Shown here piece after piece: positions 27,766 to 48,290 of a stretch of 64,000 nt of DNA (its first letter is position 1; each line of letters begins with the position of its first letter). The position numbers and the translations under genes were made by a program. A model generated the notes under the pieces. The model worked only from the letters and a program-made list of their open reading frames with translations. It was not told where the DNA came from and made no database searches. Source of the stretch: Chrysomallon squamiferum (taxonomy: Eukaryota; Animalia; Mollusca); assembly GCA_012295275.1 (NCBI GenBank), contig CM022667.1:2976001-3040000 (forward strand). Direction: 5' to 3'.

Positions 27766-30700
27766 TGTAGAAAGAAAGACATGACAGAAACAAGAAAAAT
27801 AAATATTTTTGCATACATTTTTTTTTTTAAATCAGCTGAACTGACAGAGGAGCTCAGAAAAAACGATGTTCAAGTCACCTTTCAGTCTGAATTACAGAAT
27901 AAATACATCATCAGCTTTCAATGAGTGCTGATACAAAATAAAATAATGAAAAATGCTAGGTTCAGAAAAAGAAAGTGATGTTCAGAATGTTTGCTGAACG
28001 ATGATACGCGTATATAAAATGGGTTGTTTGACCACACAATATATGTAACATAACTGTCCAGACACCAGTGTTAAATGGTCAACCCTACACCCACAGTACA
28101 TCTTGACTCCCAAGAGTTGACCATACACACATACATACATACACACGTGTGTGTAATGGTGTTAGTCCACAGTAACCGTGGGTGACTGCTAAACCAAACC
28201 AACAGTATTTTTTTAAATAATGGTTCATTAATAAAAACAGCTTTGTTTTTGTTTTTGTGACACTTAGAAACAGATGATGCTGTTAAGAAATATACTTTTA
28301 AAAAAATGTTTTTATAACAACAACTCACCACTTAACCAGTACTGCTCTAACAAATGATGACAACATTAAAAGCTCTTGTGCAGATGCTAAGAATTCTGGG
28401 ATATTCTTTAGATTTATTATTATTGTAATTTATTTTTTTTTTTTTTACTTTTTTTGTTTTTAAATCAAAAATTTATTTTACTCCTGCAGTCTATGGTTTT
28501 GCTCAATATTTCAATTACTTAAAAAGCAGGTGTTCACCATGAATAATTAGGCAGGTGTTCGAGTTAATTACAAATGGCAGATTTTATATTAATTAGAAAT
28601 TTTAAAGTTAATTAGACACTTCTGGTGTTAATATTAATTACAACAGGGCACTGGTATTTTATAAGAGTGTGCTGATAATGTTTGTATTAATTTGCTCAGA
28701 ACTGTTGTTTATTTCTTTATTTTTATTTCTCACCTTTTTCATATTTATTCATGAAACTAGTTTTAAATTTTCATTTATTTTGTGTATTCAGTTACCATTT
28801 TTTATGTGGAAATTAATCCGCCCCTTTTTTTTTTTTTTTTTTTTTTTTTTAGATTTGTTTTATTATTCTCAGAATTCAAATATATGTAGACATAATTATT
28901 TTGCAAATCTAAATATTGTTTGATGTTAGCAAAATAATTTCAATACATAGATTGTAGTTGTAAGTTTCAGAAAACAAAAAAAATGTGTTAAGTCATCAGC
29001 AATATATATATCTCTATATATATTAATAATTAACTATTCTAAGTATAATTTTTTATATATTAAGAAAACAAATTTTTTAATGTACCTGTTTGGTTTGAGA
29101 CTTTGAAAGCACAAAAAAAAAATCTTTCTTTGAATATTATTTTCTATTTGTATATGTCTTCATTTTTATTTGTTTTCTGTTTATTATTATTATTATGATT
29201 ATTTTTAAATACTGTTATTATGTTAATTATAAATAATAAACAAAATGGCAGCATCAGGAGAAAAGAAAAATATCTTTTTAATAATCAAAAATAGTTTTAT
29301 AAACACTATAATACTGGGGTGTGATTTTTATTAAAACTTGTTTGTATTTTTTACTTTTTTAATTGACAGTCTCATAATGAGTAGTGGTGGTAATAAATAG
29401 GATTCTTGTATAATCTCTTATTATAATTAGAGGGGTTATTTATTTGTTTTGTTTTTTATAAAAATATGTCTGTAAATTTGGTAGAAACATTTTTACTCAA
29501 GATGGGACTTTGTTGGGTTTTTTGGGGGGTTTTTTAGCTGCTTTTTTTTTGTTTGTTTTTTTAATTGATCACTTTTTTTTTAAAGTACAGAATAGCTCCA
29601 TTTTTCATACAATTTTACTAATTTTTTTTGAAAATTTTACTTTTGAAAATTTGTAAAATATTTCAGAATTTTTGGTGGAAGTTCTTTTTTCTACAGTGTT
29701 TTTGTTCTTTTTTAGCTTGAAATGTTTTATGGGGGGTTTGTTGTTGTTTTTTCTGTGTGTGTGAGTGGTTTTTTGATACTAACATACTTGTCAAAATTCA
29801 AAGCTGGTCTTGAAAATATTTTGACTTTTTTTTTTTTTTTTTTATGAATTTTGCTTACATTAACTTTTTAAATACAGTTGATACTATTAGTATGTCAGAA
29901 CTGTTACTATTGTGAATAGCTTTTAGTTGTAATATGTTTTTTTATGTAATTAAATTTGATAATATCATATTTTATTCACACTTACATAACTAAAAGGTTT
30001 TGCTTCAGTTTGATAAAGTATGTGAAATTATGTGAATTAATTTAAATAGACTGCTAAACAGGGAAATAGATAAATAGTTTTTAATATTATGGGCATTATT
30101 TTCTGAAAACAACTCAGAATGCAAAATTTCTGTATTTCAATTTAATTTATTATTATTAATTTTATTATTTATTATCTTTGTTTTAAGATTTTCTTCCTTT
30201 TCTTCTTTTTTGTTTTTTTAACTTTGAAAAACAATGTATGGTTTGCTTAAAAATGTGCTGTAAGCAAAAAAGTAAAAAAATTTAAGTGTGAATCTGCTAT
30301 CAAGAATGAAACATGTTGTTTTGTAAAAATTTAATATGGCTGTTATTTTAAAATACAAATATTGTACAGCTATAAGTAACAAAGAAAAGAACTTTTTTAG
30401 ATATATACCATTTTTTTTTATATACCATTATTAGTTTAAATTTGAATCAGGTAATTTTTATTAGTTCATGTAAAATGGTGAAAAAAATTATCTCACAGAT
30501 TGAAGATAAATTTGTTACATCAGTTTTATTATAAATTTTAAATTTTGTTTTTTATAAATAAATCAGATTAAAAAGTTAAATTTAAAACATACTAATTTGT
30601 TAAATATTATACAATTCTGCTTTAGTTAAATTTATATAATTGTGGTTTTATCAGAAAGAAGCAGGAACCAGATATGCATTTTTTTAAATTTATTTATTAT

Positions 30701-32584
30701 TAATATTATTATTATTATTTAAATTATTAAATTGCAGTTTCAAAAAAAATATATTTTGACTGAGTAGGTAAGTATAAAAAAATAATAATAATTAATGGTG
30801 GACACTAATTATTATTTGTAAACTAATTTATTTTCTTTATTTGTATGTTACTAACCCACTTAAAGTTTATTATTTAATCATTTCTTATTGCTAGGTTATT
30901 AATTTGAAATTTATTAATATCAAATTGTGGCTGTAGCAATAATTACTGGTTTTGTTTTTTTAACTTTGACCAACCCTGCTGCTTGAAACCCTTTCAAGGA
31001 AAACTAAATGTTTTAATTTCAGGTATATATGAATATTTACTCTGTGCCAAATGGTGTTTTTTTTTTTTTCTTTTTTTTTCTCTAAATATGAGGGCATTCA
31101 TAATATTACCTTAATGTCATATAAACTGTTAATAATAACAATCACAGAAAAGTCAGTGTTTGTGAGTTATAAACAGTAACTCTTCTCATGTAGTTGTTAG
31201 AGTTACATCCCTTACGACAATGAATATTCTAAAAACAAAATTATTGTTCTATTTTAAAAATAGATTTGTTTGGGGTTTAAACTTAAGGAAGGTACTTGGC
31301 ATATCCTTTTATTATTTATTTAATTTATTTAATGTATTATTTTTTATTTTATTTTTTTTTATATTTGTAAAAATTATTCTTTATTTTTTTTATTTTTTTA
31401 TTTTTATTTTTTTTTTTAAAAGGTAATGATACTAAAATAAATCAACATACACATACAAATTCACAAAACAAAACTGGAAATTTTATAGATAATATTTTGT
31501 AATATATGTTTTGAATTTCTGATTGTAAATAAATCCTGTATAGTGTTTTTTTTTTTTTAATGTCTGAATCTTCTGGAGACCTTGGTAGCCATCTGTCCTT
31601 CCATCCATCCAACAGTTTGTCTATCCCGTCCAAAAAAAAAAAAAAAAAACAACATGATAACTTGTAATTGTTTTTGTAAAGTATTTGTTCAGTGCTAAAG
31701 GTGTTTTCATACTGTTTGTCTTTTAGCAACGTTTTGTTACCAGCTTGCAGTAAAATGGTGATTTTGATTTGTACTGGTCTCCAAAAAGCTGAAAATTTGA
31801 ATATTATAAGAGAAAAAAATAAATAATAAAATCTAAATTAGTAAACTGACATTGATTAAAAGATGGTTAAATATTATTTATTTATTTATTTATTTATTTA
31901 TGTATTATAATTATTAATGTATTTATATAATATCATTTGTGCTTTTATTTTCTTATTTATAAAGGTAAAACTAAAAGTATACAAATATGCATAACAATAA
32001 TAATATTATGTTGACAAAAAATGTTAGATTGTGAGAAAACACCTTTAGCACTATTAATTAACTGTTCTTTTTAAATTGTCTGTCTGGCTGTCTGTAGACA
32101 AATGCATTTGTAGAAATGTCAAAACTGTCCTCCCTATAAAGTGGTCTTTATAAACAGTGCCATGTATTGCAGATGATGTAGGAATAAGTAATTCCACACA
32201 CACACAAACACAAACACATACACACACACACACACACACTCTTGCACATATAAAAATAAATAAGTAGAATTTTTTGTCAGTTATGTCTATTATACAATAT
32301 TCATCACAATATATTTTTGTGCACACTTTGATCATAGTAACAGTTTTCGTAGAAAGGTGATTCTGTAAAAAGTTAGGTTTGGTGCCAATTTATTGTTTTA
32401 TAAAACCATATTAATATAATTTATGTTATTAATGCATGCAAATTGATCCACTTTTAGAATTTTTTATATGTAGTAAAATCATTTTGATAATTAAGATAAT
32501 AATTATTACCACTTTTTTTTGTGATTAATATGACATCATTTTTAAAATTTTATAATAAGATTATTGTTATTTTAAATGATTTTA

Positions 32585-32649
<65 letters not shown>

Positions 32650-33699
32650 ATTTTTATTTTTATTTTTATTATTTTTATTTTTACTTTTATTATTTTTTAT
32701 TATTAAAACTTTCATACCATCTGCGCTATACTTGTATGTATTTTTTGTTATATATTCCTATTTGGTTATGATTTAACTTGTACAGATCTCATTTTGTAAA
32801 GTATGTTTTTGTCAGATCCACTGTACACTTGTGTGAGGTGTAGAATATTAAATATTATTGTGATATGCAGATTTGGTGCAAAACTTCTGTTTGTGATAAT
32901 TTACCTTCATCACTGCTGTACCGGGAACAATTGCTTTTAAATCAAAGAGAGACAATTCATGACAGAATCATACAGAGTTATCTGTCTTCTGACTGCACTT
33001 TGATTTCTGATTTTTATGGTTCTTCTTTCCTTTTTTCTTTTTCTTTTTTGTTTGTTTATTTATTTTATTTATTTATTGAATTTTTTTTTTTAAACCAATA
33101 TTGAGAAAGATGTTTTATGTTAAAGATTTGTAAACCTATTTTTGGAGTTTGAAGTGTGTGTTCTTTTTTTTTCTTTTTTTTTTTTTTTTTTTCCCCCCCC
33201 CCACCTAATATGTGATAAAATACAGATTTTAGGAGTAAATGATATATTTTTACACAGACACATTTTTAACCACTGTCTTTTCAAATCAGTGATCCATGTT
33301 GAAAATAAGATTAATTAGTGTTGGAATAATCGGGTTTACTTTTTGGTTTAAAAATCATTTTCGTGCAGCACTGATGTTGAGGATATTATTATTAATATTA
33401 TTATTATTATTATTTTTATTATTATTATTATTATTCATTTTTTTTTTTTTATTTATTTTATTTTTTTATTATTATTATTTAAGTATAATGATGGAAACTT
33501 TTTTTTACAAATTACAAATTGTGTACACAATATTTTTTTTTTTTTAGCCATCATTACTATATACCTTTTCTTTTTCTTTTCCTATTTTTATTCACTTTCT
33601 CAACACAAGTGTACAGTGGAGCTGTGTAGTTGATGTTGTACAAGATACAGTGTGTTGATGACTGAACAGTGTCTGCGACAGACTGCATGTTGTCGAATC

Positions 33700-33745
33700 A
33701 ATAAAACTTGGTGAAATATTCACAACTGTGTTCTTGTTTGTGTCA
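33700..33745 (+). terminator. Candidate distal poly(A) signal of RBL
   Basis: AATAAA at 33700-33705 followed by GT/T-rich TGTGTTCTTGTTTGTGT. Other AATAAA hexamers exist upstream. Confidence 0.35.
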
Positions 33746-33890
33746 TTATTATTAGTTTATTTATTTATTTATTATTACTATTACTATTATTGTTGTTGTT
33801 ATTATTACAATTATTATTATTATTATCATATAATTATTATTAACGATCTTGATCTTATTGATGAAAAAAATATATATTGTTCTTAATGTA

Positions 33891-33993
33891 TTTATTTAAA
33901 ATAATTTAAATTTTAGTACAACCTTTGGAAATATATATTAATATTGCTGAACTGTTTGGGTTTTACTGAATATCAATAGTAAATTGAAATCTT
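33891..33993. repeat. ~105-bp direct repeat, copy 1
   Basis: Aligns to 35265-35373 (TACAACC..GAAATATATATTAATATT(T)GCTGAACTGT). Confidence 0.8.
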
Positions 33994-34473
33994 AATAAAT
34001 TATGAAAAAAAAAAATAAATAATAAAGTAAAATAATGTGAAAATATAATACTAAGGCTTAGTTTCTTAATCTATTTTTTTAATCTTTTTTATTATTTTTT
34101 TAAGACATTTGTTTAAAAAAAATAATAAATAAATAAAAATGTATGATATGTTCATGTGAATAAATAGTCATAATATATTTTGTACATTTCCAAGATATAA
34201 ATTTAACATCAACCTTTAATAGTAATAAAGTATGACAATACTACCATGAAGATGCGTGGAACCTGGATTGTTTTTTTTTAATTTGTGAGGCTTTTCATCC
34301 TCGGAAGTGCATAAAATTCCTGATGATCTTATGCTACAGTACTTTTTCAGTGATAATTTTTTATTTCACAGTATTGGTAGTAAAGGTTAGGGTCAGTAAT
34401 AATAATAAAAAATCATTATCGAAATGTATAAATTGTATTTAGTTATTGTTTTCGTCCAAACTTTACAGATACA

Positions 34474-34562
<89 letters not shown>

Positions 34563-34576
34563 TTTTCTTTTAAAAA

Positions 34577-41383
<6,807 letters not shown>

Positions 41384-42760
41384 GATGCAGCTCGTTTCCG
41401 GAATAAAAGTGTTTGAGAATGATGATGAGACGGTTTCATAGAAGTAAATGTATCTGTCTGTGGTCGTTTTAGTTATTTCTGTGTACAAAAAACGTCAAAA
41501 ATAGATAAGAAAAATAAAAAGCTCGATATATATATTTCGTTATGAACATTAAATTTAGTTGTGAACAATGTCGCAATAAAACTCTGTACTATTAATTATT
41601 AAACCATATTATTCTCAAATACTATGTATACCATAGACATACATATACAAGAACATATAGAGATAGACATCCCCAAACAGAATAGAAAACAATAGTTTAA
41701 GTTCTGACATTATCATGACGTTTTAGTGCCTGTATTTTCATTTCAGTTTTATCAAATTCAGGAATTTAATAAACTTAACAGTTAAATTACATCATAATTG
41801 CAGCGAATCACACGATAAGAACCATATTACATTATAAATTATATCTCAGTTTCATCGTATTTTGAAAGACCGATGTAGAAATTCAAGTATTCGTGAATTT
41901 TTGGATTCCTGAATAATATTACTGTAATAATTATTAATATGATCGTCTTTGTTTTTTTTGTTATTGTGTTTGTTTGTTTCTGTTGTTGTTGTTTTTGTTT
42001 TTTTATTGTAGAAGTAGTTGCTGCTGCTCTTGTTGATGTCGTTGTTATTCGTTTGTAGTCATTAAAATAACATGTGACATCAAGAATGTACTGTAAGTAA
42101 TAACCATATATATATATATATATATATAAAAGTCTCTCCAATAACGTAAGTGATTTTCAAATTCAGAATTATATAAAAATGTCTGTCCTTGTTTATCTGA
42201 CATACAAATATACTTAAAATAAATCGAAATACGTTTAATGTCTTGTATATTCAAGAAAAGCTGCGACATGAAAAAAATAAAGTCGCATGATACAAACACT
42301 TATAAATAAATAAATGTAACATGGTGATTTCTAGGTTTTCCAGTGGGTTCTAAATTAACATGGTTTGTTAAACAGAATTTATATATGACTTTTTTTAAAA
42401 TCTCAGTTTTCGATAATATTTATTGCAACATTTCTTGAAAACATGTAAGTCCGTGCATGTCATATGCAAATCTACAAAGGAAGCCGTCATCAACGTTTTA
42501 GGATGATTAGATCTGCTGACCACCATGACGTCACACCCCGGCTCCGACCCTGCCGCGTGATTGATTCTAATTTTTTGCTATTACAATTCAATATCTCTTC
42601 TTTTGCATTTCCTCTAAGATTAACGTCACTTCCGTCTTGTGACAGCGATTTCGTTAATACATCCGCCGAACTGACTTCTGGGATTAACTGAGAAACGATA
42701 TTCGACTGAGTGACAACAGGAAGATATTTGTAAAATTAAGTTTGAATAAAATTAGATTTT

Positions 42761-42834
<74 letters not shown>

Positions 42835-42948
42835 CATCATCATCATCTTCTTCTTCTTCTTCTTTTTCTTTGTTTTTATTGTTGAATTTTTTAGATCCTG
42901 ATACGCGAGTTTTGATTAGTTATTATTTATTCGTGGACCTTACTTAAA

Positions 42949-42985
<37 letters not shown>

Positions 42986-43539
42986 TTTGTCTGCCTGTCT
43001 GTGGTAATTATTACATCATGTATTTAAACATATTTATATTCTAAAATCTATTTCACGTTTCTTCTTACTTGTGTTTGTCATAATTCCTTTCCTCAAAATC
43101 TCTTTTACTTTTCTCTTTCTCTTTTCTTTTTGGTTTGTTCCTGTCATTTTTATTTAATCTACTAAATATTAAGTAAAAAAAATTAATAGTAATTTCATAA
43201 AACACTTACCTTCAGAAAATTCAACAACTCAACATACGTTCGACCATTTAAAACCAATGGCCATGATGTAAACTACAACAAGAACTTTCTAAAACACGAA
43301 ATAACTCACGGGGCGAATTTAAAACTTTAAAATAAAAAAATCTTTCTAACCCAGTGAATGGTCAGCTACTTTATAGAGTGTACGTGATTTCAACAGACAT
43401 TTCGACATTTAAGCAGATTTACGAATTTCCACCACGATTTAAATCAAGTAAGCAGGAAGATGGCACACAGTTCACTTACGAAATGTTCAACCCTCCGACA
43501 GCGCACACTGCGTCGACGACGTAAAGACGTTGTCGACAT
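41384..43539 (-). CDS. Putative further N-terminal coding exons of the ALPK1-like gene (+125 aa)
   Basis: Phase-compatible open chain 43539-43480 (MSTTSLRRRRSVRCRRVEHF, donor GTAAGT), 43272-43210 (donor GTAAGT), 42705-42549 (weaker donor GTCGGA), then acceptor at 41478. No homology support, so these could be UTR exons. Confidence 0.4.
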
Positions 43540-44470
43540 CCTCAAGACGACTGTTCTAAAAAAAGAGACGTGATGTCTAATTCTGGAGAAGATAGGAAGG
43601 CTGAAGTTTGTTTAATTAACCGCAATACATGGCTAAATCAGCGGATGGTAGATATTATATATATGTAATGTCATAATTAATATAAACGTTTTTATATACA
43701 TCCTTTTTAAGTAATACGCTAATTACATATATTTAAAAAAAAAAAAAAAAAAAAAAAAATTAAATTCAAAATACCATTTTTTTTTGAATAAAATTTTTAC
43801 ATACAATGTATAAAATTTTATACATAAAAACATAATCAAAATAAATATAAATATGTGTCATTCACGGAAAATACACTTTTTAAATTAATCATGTGTATCA
43901 TGTCATATATCAGGGCTGGATAAACCATTAAGCAAAATTATCTCATTGTAGATGTTAATATGTTTATTTAAAACCCCAATGTTAAATTTTATACTGGAGT
44001 GATCATATTTTTTCTTCGTACTTATTTATTAGCATATTCTCTAAATAAATAAAATAATAATAACAATTATAATTAAATTAAAAAAAAAAAAATTAACAAG
44101 CTTCAATTATATGTCTGTTTTTTAATCATAGTAATAATAACAATAACAATAATAATAAGAAGAAGAACGATTATGATGATGATGACAGTAATAATATAAC
44201 AAACATTCTCATGAGATATTTAAAAATTAATATATTACACGTATCTAAAAATATTATAATTATTATGAAGTCGTAAACTATGTTTTCACAAAAACTGTTT
44301 TATTCGCCAGTGATGTAAAAAACAGACAGCTAGTAGATGGCTGCTGATAAGTCGCGAGGAGAACAAACGACAACCAAACATTTCCCGCCTTTTTTTAAAT
44401 TGTCCTATGTTCATTATTTGAGATGAGTGATGTTTCGACAGACTTGAGTTTCTTCTGAAAAAATTAAAAA

Positions 44471-44501
<31 letters not shown>

Positions 44502-44764
44502 CAGCAACAACAACAATAAATAAATAAAAAAATAAAAAAAAAAGAACAATAATAATAATAATAAGAAGAATAAGAATAAGAAGAATTTGGAGAGAATGCA
44601 AAAGTCATAAATTATCTAAAACGATCACGTTTGTGTGTGTGTGTGTGTGTGTGCCCAAAATCTATATCATGAAATCGCACAGTAACAAAGTAAATTTTAA
44701 ATATAGGGATTATATCATTATCACACGCTCGACATTAACCTGAATTTAAATAAATAAATAATTA

Positions 44765-44803
<39 letters not shown>

Positions 44804-44898
44804 TATTATTATTAGTAGTAGTAGTAGTATTTAAAAAGAAAATAAAAAAGAAGAGGATGAAAAAGAAATGAGAACGAGTCTGAAAGGTTAATTTTAGA

Positions 44899-45372
44899 CT
44901 AACTGCGACAAAGGTCACAAATCTTGCGACAGTTTATGAACATCCAATAAGGACTCTTCTTACAAAGGCCGAAGGTACGCCTAAACCTACAGTCCGGAAA
45001 CATGTTAACGCAGTCCACTAAAAAGACAAAAACCAAGAAAATAAATAAATTAATTAATAAATAAACCGAAACAAACAAACAAACAAACAAACAAACAAAA
45101 ATAATAATAATAAAATAAAAAATAACACGAAATGGTATATTTTATTAATAATAATCGAAGGAAAACGATATATAAAAGAAAACAATATAGCAAAACAAAA
45201 AGAGGTTAAAAGAATGGTAATAAAAATGTGAAGACAAAAATATGGGAAAACAGCTTTGTTGTCAAGCCAGATTAAAACAGCAGTGGTTATTTCCCTCTCT
45301 GTCTCTCTTAGTATACATACACTGACACACACATTCATACGTGCAATATTTACATTACATACTTTCATAGTT

Positions 45373-45407
<35 letters not shown>

Positions 45408-45582
45408 AACATATATAGATAAACATACATACAGACAGACAGACAGTCAGACGTACCTACATTCATACATACATATATACGCAAGTACAGGCATATATAT
45501 AGAATGCGACATCATTTTAATTAATCTTTGTTATAAATTTAGATGACAATACTGCCAGAAAAAGGGTGTTCGAACAGACGCA

Positions 45583-45636
<54 letters not shown>

Positions 45637-47067
45637 AGTGGACTGTGTACATCGGCACCATTTCACTGTCCAGCTATCGTTAATCTATAACGTAAAAAAA
45701 CTCTGCCTAATCAGGCTTTGCATTTTAATTTTTATTATTATTTTTTTTTTTATATATATATTTATAAAGCATTCTTCTCTGTATTGTAATCCTACAGTTT
45801 ATGATAATGAAGTAATTGTCATTGTCTACTTCGGATTTTGGGGGGTAAATTCCAGAACAACAACAAAAAAAATTTAAGTAATAAGTTTTGTCAACATCGG
45901 GACACAATTTTGAAAGTATGATTACTTCTTAAAAAACAGTGGCTTTGCGTGGCATGAAAGGATCCCTGGCTATGGCAGTTAAAAATATGAAGACAGGCGG
46001 TATCGGATATTTTAAAACACAGTGACAATTACCGGCAGTTGTATGAAACCAACATTTCGGCAGAGAGAAAACAAGTAACGATCGACAAATTAAAAAAAAA
46101 TCTGAATTGATTGAGGATACACACAATGCTTAAAATGCTGCTACCGAATGCAGACTTTTGCGACCGATGTTAAACATGGAGGCTATGACAGAGCAGACTG
46201 CTTTGGAGAGAAATATAGAGGGGAAAAAAAGATGAAGAAGAAAATAAAAATCCAGAATACGCTGTCGTCAGCGACAGGCTATTGATCAATTGACACTCGA
46301 CAGACGTTAAATTGTAATATTCGTAAAAAGAAACACATTCCAATTTTATGTCATTTTAATCTTTAGGGTCACAAGTTAATCCAATTTTAAAAATATAAAA
46401 TCAGTCGAATCTTATTTTACATGATATAAGATCACTTACAATCACAGCTGTTGCAAGACACTTCGCAGCATTTCAGCATGTATTTGTGACGTGAGTAACA
46501 TTTTCCTTCATTCGCCCACATGGAACACCTCTCATTTTTGTCTGAACAATCATCTAAATAAATAAATAAATTTATTTATTTATTTAAAGACTATCGGACA
46601 CAGAAATGTCAGGGGTATTGAATGTAAGATTCGGTTGTTGAGAATGTAGTACATGTATGACGTAATTACGTTTATGATGTCATCTTAATTAACAGAATCG
46701 TAAAGAATTAATGGGTGGATAATTCGGATAATAAATAAATCAAATTAGAATGTAAAAATGTTAATTTAAAACTGTAGTGCTTATTTTAGAGAAAAGAAAC
46801 AAAAATAACAGAATAGAATAGAAGAAAAATTAAAAATACACTATTGGTTTGACTATAAAATATAGTCACTATACTTGTCATTTCAAACAGTTTCAGAACT
46901 AATCTAATAAAACAAGGCAGGACGAAAAAAAAAAGAAAAAAAAGAATTGATCAATTGACTCGAACTATCTATTAATACAAACATTAATATCTAGCAACCT
47001 TACATACGATGTCAAATGAAATCCACGTGAGAATAAGTAAAAATAAAACAGTTTTTTCTCTTCCCAT
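44899..47067 (-). CDS. Secreted peptide with two ShKT (ShK toxin-like) domains, 98 aa
   Basis: Exons 47067-47004 (AACATGG; MGREKTVLFLLILTWISFDIV, hydrophobic signal-like), 46553-46440 (DCSDKNERCSMWANEGKCYSRHKYMLKCCEVSCNSCD) and 45017-44899 (DCVNMFPDCRFRRTFGLCKKSPYWMFINCRKICDLCRS*). Both introns are phase 1 GT-AG. ShKT cysteine spacing with terminal CxxxCxxC. Confidence 0.85.
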
Positions 47068-48006
47068 GTTTCGTTATCTGACGTAGTCCTTTGTTACTGT
47101 TAGAGAACGTTACGTAATTACCATGGTGATAAAAAGTCTTTAAGAGTATTAGGTCAATAATATATTATTCGTATATAATTATTATCATTAATTTATTTTA
47201 AATAAGTGTTAAAAATTAGCATTCGATGTCAATACCCGAATAATATTTTGTTTTTGCTGATGGCAAGATTGAAGATCTGACGTCATACTTTATTTCCTTG
47301 GAGACACAATGCAGATTTTTCTTACTTAAAAAACATTCATTGTCACAGGTAACTTTTATTTATTTATTTATTTATTTTTGAATATTCAGTTGTTTTAGAT
47401 ATTCTTTCTCTTCTTCTCGTTTCCAGTCATTTATTTTTGTTGTTGATTTCATAAAATAAAAATAGTTACTACTACTAATAATAATAACAATAAAAAAACA
47501 TAAAAAAAAGAAGAAAAAGAAATAATTCTTTCAAAATCTATTGATATTTTATTCCACACTCATGGTCAAGAAATCAGTCATTAATAATTTCTCACATTCT
47601 TCTCTAAATGATGGAATGAAGATTTTATCTAAACAAACACTATTCTGAATATAAATAACAATTTGGACTCACCTCAACAAACACATAGAACACATGTTAG
47701 TGTCAGTTTCTATTTTTAATACCACATATATACTGATTTATCTTTGATATACAGTCTATATTCAATAGTTTATCTCCAATGAAAATGGTAAATAGCAAAC
47801 TACTAGCACTGTAAAAATGGGAACTTTTGCCAGAGCAGACACAATTATGCAGATTTTTTTTTTTTTCACAGTTTGAGTCTTCTAGTTTCTTTTTAGTTTG
47901 ATTTCATTATTATTTTTTTATTATTAGTTTTATTCTTTTATTTATTTATTTTTTTAATTATTTTTTAAACTGATATCTGTAAAAGAAAACAACAACAACA
48001 ATAAAC

Positions 48007-48256
48007 CTAATATGTCTTTTTTATTTTCTGTACCCAGAGTTGATAGGCTAGCATTCCATTTTTTCTTAAAAGTTTTGGATGAAAGACATCAAAACCAACT
48101 TGTTCTAACTTCTTCAGATACCAGTCACATATAACCTAGAAAAAGAAAGAAAACATTTTTATTTTATTTTTTTTAATTTAATTTTAAACTTTCCTAATGC
48201 TGACTTTGAGAATTTTCCATTAAAAAAAAAAAAAAAAACAAAAAAAAAATAATAAT

Positions 48257-48290
<34 letters not shown>

